32,000 nucleotides of DNA from Dickeya solani IPO 2222 (lineage in GTDB: Bacteria; Pseudomonadota; Gammaproteobacteria; Enterobacterales; Enterobacteriaceae): NCBI RefSeq assembly GCF_001644705.1, contig NZ_CP015137.1, forward strand, positions 1,890,001 to 1,922,000, in the 5' to 3' direction. Below, piece after piece: positions 27,092 to 32,000 of this stretch; the stretch's first letter is position 1; the number at the start of each line of letters is the position of its first letter. A program made the translations under genes and the position numbers. The notes beneath the pieces were generated by a model, which saw only the letters and a list, made by a program, of their open reading frames with translations, did not search any database and was not told the DNA's origin.

Positions 27092-27646
27092 TCAGTCGTC
27101 CGGCAGAATCCCCGCTATAAAACGCTCAATATCTTCGCGGCTGTGCAGCATTATGCGCTGTGGCACCACCATGCGCTGCGATGGTGCCTCTGGAGCGCAC
27201 TGCTCAAACACCCGCTGATGCCCGCTGAACGAGCTGTTGCTCTGGCGCTCCCGGTACTCGCCCGCCCAGCGCAGCAACTCGGCCAGCGCCGCTTCGTCGC
27301 CGCCACGGCGCAACCCGCGCTGACGAATATTGTTCAGGCATTCATCCACCGGGATATCCAGCCAGATCAACGCCGTAGCCTGCTGCACCACTTCCTGCAT
27401 CAACCAGCCGTAAACCCCTTCCATGATCCAGCCTTCGGCTTGCGCCCGCTCCCGTGCTTCGGCCTTGACCAGCGCCCGCTCGCGCGCTTTCCCGTAGCCG
27501 CCCGGTTCCCAGTTGATCAGATCCAGGTCGATGGCGGGAACCTGTAGCCGGGCCGCCAGTTGCTCCGCCAGCCAGCTTTTCCCCGAACCGCTGTTGCCCA
27601 TGATCAGGGTGCGTCGCAGCACAGAAGCAGGTATCGAACGGGTCAT
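27092..27646 (-). CDS. P-loop NTPase / nucleotide-kinase-like protein
   Basis: Walker A motif GNSGSGKSW near the N-terminus; small (about 184 aa) kinase-like protein. The start is placed at ATG 27646, preceded by AGGAGG; the ORF track begins at 27685. Confidence 0.8.
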   Translation of the reverse strand: MTRSIPASVLRRTLIMGNSGSGKSWLAEQLAARLQVPAIDLDLINWEPGGYGKARERALVKAEARERAQAEGWIMEGVYGWLMQEVVQQATALIWLDIPVDECLNNIRQRGLRRGGDEAALAELLRWAGEYRERQSNSSFSGHQRVFEQCAPEAPSQRMVVPQRIMLHSREDIERFIAGILPDD

Positions 27647-27700
27647 CACGCGCCCTCCTGTTGGTCGTTCCCATTGGTTGGTCATGACAGGCGTGGCGCG

Positions 27701-28165
27701 TCAGCGCCGGCCGCCAAACCCATTCTGCCGCCAGGCCTCGTAGCTGATGATCGCCACCGAGTTGGACAGATTCAAACTGCGGCAGTTGGGTTCCATCGGG
27801 ATGCGGATACGGCATTCCGGCGTGAAGCCGTTGCGGATATCATCCGGCAGGCCGGCGGTTTCAGAGCCGAACAACAGCACATCGCCCGGCTGGTAGTCGG
27901 GTTCGTCGTAAGGACGGCTGCCTTTGGTGGTACAGGCGAAAATCCGGCGCCCCGCCACCGCCTGCAGAAAATCCTGATAGTTGCGATGACGGCTGACACT
28001 CGCCAGATCGTGATAGTCCAGCCCGGCCCGGCGCAGCTTTTTTTCCTCGAAATCGAAGCCCAGCGGCTCGATCAGATGCAACGAACAGCCATTGTTGGCC
28101 GCCAGACGGATAATATTGCCGGTATTGGGCGCAATCTGTGGCTCATAGAGCGCGATATGAAACAT
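27701..28165 (-). CDS. trmL: tRNA (cytidine/uridine-2'-O-)-methyltransferase TrmL (SpoU/TrmH family)
   Basis: 154 aa: [21 protein letters not shown]..., [36 protein letters not shown]. Colinear with E. coli TrmL (YibK). Confidence 0.93.
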   Translation of the reverse strand: MFHIALYEPQIAPNTGNIIRLAANNGCSLHLIEPLGFDFEEKKLRRAGLDYHDLASVSRHRNYQDFLQAVAGRRIFACTTKGSRPYDEPDYQPGDVLLFGSETAGLPDDIRNGFTPECRIRIPMEPNCRSLNLSNSVAIISYEAWRQNGFGGRR

Positions 28166-28335
28166 GATAAGGTCAGGTACGAAAAAAGGTGGACGCCAGT
28201 ATAGCCTATTCCGCCCCCACGCCCCAGCCGCGGTCGGCGTCGCGAATCGTCCGACATGTCGGCGAAGACTGGGACGGCGCTGCGATTAACAGCTAGAATA
28301 AGGCGGTATCCGACAGCCGTTTCCCCGGAGGAATC

Positions 28336-28617
28336 ATGAAAATAATATCTCCCCTGATGCTACTCCTGAGCCTGCCGTTACTGGCGCAGGCCGCCACACA
28401 GCAGATATCGCCCCAGCAGCAACAGTTTGACAACGGCATCAGCAGCCAAAAGCGGCTGTTGCAGGACATGCAGCAAAACCAGGCGCTGCAACAACAGCAA
28501 CTGAATAGCGACATCCAGCAGCGCAGCCGTGAACAACAGCGCCAGTTGCAACAGCAACTGGAACAGAACCGCCAGCGCATCCAGCAATCCGCTCCGGGCA
28601 ATACCAGCCGGTACTGA
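28336..28617 (+). CDS. Small glutamine-rich secreted protein (YhhA/DUF2756-like; unverified)
   Basis: 93 aa with signal peptide MKIISPLMLLLSLPLLAQA, followed by a Q-rich mature part predicted to be helical. GGAGGA precedes the ATG. Confidence 0.65.
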   Translation: MKIISPLMLLLSLPLLAQAATQQISPQQQQFDNGISSQKRLLQDMQQNQALQQQQLNSDIQQRSREQQRQLQQQLEQNRQRIQQSAPGNTSRY

Positions 28618-28675
28618 TATCTTCCAGCCTGTTCCCGCCGGTCACCTCAGGATGACTGGCGGGTTGCGGATGAGG

Positions 28676-29632
28676 CTATACCCTGACGCCCATCAGCGTC
28701 AGAATCAGCGGCGTGGTAACCGCCGCCAGCGCCGTCGACATCAGCAGGCTGGCGGCGACCGGGCCGCCCAGCACATTGAATTGTCGGGACATCAAATAGA
28801 TATTGACGCCCACCGCCATCGACCCCAGCAGTACCACCACCCGTGTTTCCATCTCCGGCAAGCCCAGCGCGACCGCCAGCACCCACACCACCAGCGGCTG
28901 TACCACCAGCTTGATGAGACAAATAGCGACGCTGATTTGCCAGCCGTCGCGAATACGGTATTCCGCCAGCCCCATGCCCAGCGCCACCAGCGACAGCGGC
29001 ACGCCGATCTGGCTCAGCATACCGACAGGCTTATCGATGCTATCCGGCAGCGGCAATCCGGTGAGGCTATAAAACGTGCCGGACAGAATGCCGATGATCA
29101 GCGGGTTTTTCAGCACGCCGAGCGCGGTTTTGGTGAACCCCTGCATCGACAGCGAACCGTTGCGCGCCCACTCTACCGAGACGGTGACCAGCGTCCACAG
29201 AATCAGGCCATTGAACACCAGCACCAGCGCCACGGACGGAATCGCCTGCGGGCCGAGCATCAGGGTAGCGATCGGCAAGCCGAGCATCACGTTGTTGGAG
29301 AAAATCCCGCTGAGCGAGAACACCGAGCCGGAGACGCCATCCAGCCGAAACACCCGACTGGCGACAATCCGGCCAAGCACGAACACGATGAGACAACTGC
29401 CAAAGAAGGCGATCAGCAGCCGGGCGTCCACCGCCGGCCGTTTGGAGAAATCACACATCATGCGGAACAGCATGGCGGGCAACGCCACCGAAAACACGAA
29501 TTTGGTCAGCGCATCGGTCACCGTGGACGGCCAGCGGCCGAAGCGGATCAGGGCATACCCCAGCGCAATCAACACAAACAGCGGCAGTGAAAGAAAAATC
29601 TGGTGCCAGAGAGAAAGAATAAACGTGGGCAT
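28676..29632 (-). CDS. AEC (auxin efflux carrier) family transporter
   Basis: 318-aa polytopic membrane protein. The N-terminus ...LPLFVLIALGYALIRFGRW.......L..FVF.VALPAMLF is typical of the AEC family. Confidence 0.88.
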   Translation of the reverse strand: MPTFILSLWHQIFLSLPLFVLIALGYALIRFGRWPSTVTDALTKFVFSVALPAMLFRMMCDFSKRPAVDARLLIAFFGSCLIVFVLGRIVASRVFRLDGVSGSVFSLSGIFSNNVMLGLPIATLMLGPQAIPSVALVLVFNGLILWTLVTVSVEWARNGSLSMQGFTKTALGVLKNPLIIGILSGTFYSLTGLPLPDSIDKPVGMLSQIGVPLSLVALGMGLAEYRIRDGWQISVAICLIKLVVQPLVVWVLAVALGLPEMETRVVVLLGSMAVGVNIYLMSRQFNVLGGPVAASLLMSTALAAVTTPLILTLMGVRV

Positions 29633-29747
29633 CGCCCTTCCTTAAAAAACGCGCAGATCACCGGGCGAAGGCTGATGGCTTGTCACGACGGCGAGGCAAA
29701 GCCCCTCCGGGGAGCGGGCCGAACGGCCCAAGGTCATACAGGAAACG

Positions 29748-29780
29748 CCTGACGAAACACGCCGGTTATCGGCCGGCGTG
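29748..29780 (-). terminator. Possible terminator of the ugp operon
   Basis: On the minus strand, CACGCCGG-CCGATAA-CCGGCGTG is followed by TTTCGT. The U-tract is weak. Confidence 0.4.
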
Positions 29781-29837
29781 GCGCGTTTGTCGGAACAGAC
29801 GACATTCAGCCGGCGCTAAGTTTAATTAGCATTAATT

Positions 29838-30583
29838 TCAACTCGCATTAAATTGCGGTCCAATCAAATCTATCCGGTCCGTGCAGATGCAGTCAACGCC
29901 CCATAGCAACAGGTTGCGAGCGCGATCGGGTTGATTGACGGTATACACCAAAATGCGCAGCCCGGCGTCTTTCAGCAGCCTGACGCGCGCCTCATCCAGC
30001 AGTTGGTGATTAAGGTGAATCGACACGCAGCCAAGACGCTCGGTCAGGGCGCGCCAGTCGTCGTCCCACTCGTCCAGCAACAGACCGCGCGGCAATTCCG
30101 GCGCGGCCTGCTGCGCCGCGTCCAGTGCCGCAACCGAAAACGACGACAGCAGCGGCGCGACGGGATGGTTCTGCCACAGCGCGCGCGCGGCCAGCGCCAC
30201 CACGCGGCCGGTCTGATCCTCACAGCCGGTGGTCGGTTTGATCTCGATATTGGCCGCCATGCCATACTGCGCGCAGCGCTTCGCCACTTCCGACAGCAGC
30301 GGCAGGCGCTCGCCGTGGAACTGCCGGCTATACCAGCTGCCGACGTCCAGCCCTACCAGTTTGTCCCACGGCAGGTCGCCCGCCACGCCCCAGCCATTGC
30401 TGGTGCGTTCAAGCGTGTCGTCGTGTAGCAGGAAAATCTGTCCGTCCTGCGACAGCTTGGCGTCGAACTCGATCATTCGGTGACCGTGGTGCGCGCCGAC
30501 ATCAATCGCCGCCAGCGTGTTTTCCGGCGCCAGAGAACCGCCGCCGCGGTGGGCGACGATCGCGGGATAAGGCCAGTTCGGGG

Positions 30584-30587
<4 letters not shown>
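29838..30587 (-). CDS. ugpQ: Glycerophosphodiester phosphodiesterase UgpQ
   Basis: 249 aa containing [56 protein letters not shown], nearly colinear with E. coli UgpQ. Confidence 0.95.
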
Positions 30588-31660
<1,073 letters not shown>

Positions 31661-31666
31661 AAGATT

Positions 31667-32000
31667 CTATTTCTCACTATCAACCAGACCGCGAACAAAC
31701 CAGCGTTGCATCAGCAACACAATCAACAGAGGCGGCAGCATCGTCATCAGCATCGCCGCCATCACCTGATGCCAGGGCGTAGCGGTGTCGCCAGTAGCAA
31801 TCATGCTTTGAATCCCGGCCACCGCGGTGCCCAGATGGGGGTCGTTGACGATCAACAGCGGCCACAGATACTGATTCCAGCCGTAGATAAAGGTGATGAC
31901 AAACAGCGCCGCCAGATTGGTTTTAGACAACGGCAACACCATGTCGAAGAAAAAGCGCATCGGGCTGGCGCCGTCGATACGCGCCGCCTCCAGCAGTTCA
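31667..32000 (-). CDS. ugpE: sn-glycerol-3-phosphate ABC transporter permease UgpE (C-terminal part; 5' end outside the window)
   Basis: The frame stays open to the window edge (..[29 protein letters not shown]..). This is the EAA-loop region of a MalG-type permease, upstream of ugpC. Confidence 0.9.
   Translation of the reverse strand, partial: ELLEAARIDGASPMRFFFDMVLPLSKTNLAALFVITFIYGWNQYLWPLLIVNDPHLGTAVAGIQSMIATGDTATPWHQVMAAMLMTMLPPLLIVLLMQRWFVRGLVDSEK

Noticed and set aside
29633-29747. GC-rich structured leader upstream of the AEC transporter (hairpins GGGCCG-TT-CGGCCC and CCCC-GGA-GGGG) as a riboswitch.
   Set aside because: I recognise no conserved riboswitch core. The short GC hairpins could equally be REP-like or terminator remnants, so the evidence is insufficient.

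Overview
This is a chromosomal segment from an Enterobacterales genome. Protein sequences and gene order look Pectobacteriaceae/Dickeya-like, but that is unverified. The backbone is syntenic with the E. coli glpFKX-fpr-yiiR-yiiQ-tpiA ... pfkA-fieF-cpxP-cpxRA region and ends in ugpQ-ugpC-ugpE (ugpE is truncated by the window edge). Relative to E. coli, extra genes include phoA, aguA-aguB, a membrane-anchored XRE regulator and a Nudix hydrolase. Further additions are a pair of secreted unknown proteins after cpxA, a trmL/P-loop kinase pair, a glutamine-rich small secreted protein and an AEC transporter. The unusual part is a block of about 6.5 kb (14340-20907) between the Nudix gene and the cpxP terminator. 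It holds three tandem P2 gpH-type tail-fibre genes that share one N-terminal baseplate-attachment module but differ in their distal parts. It also holds one tail-fibre assembly chaperone and an intact IS3-family element, and no other phage genes. A conserved element of about 100 bp occurs four times in the block. Its geometry resembles P2/P4 Ogr-dependent late promoters: a CATAAT -10, no -35, and a TGT-N12-ACA-like dyad at -64..-47. One copy carries a (TAACGCAA)x4 expansion and faces the IS. Fibres 2 and 3 are near-identical up to a sharp breakpoint, after which their AT-rich tips of about 116 codons diverge. I read this as a detached store of receptor-binding proteins serving a P2-like prophage or tailocin encoded elsewhere; this is a hypothesis. 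Smaller oddities are in-frame tandem repeats in cpxP and phoA and a repeat-rich cpxP 3'UTR that may be CpxQ-like.
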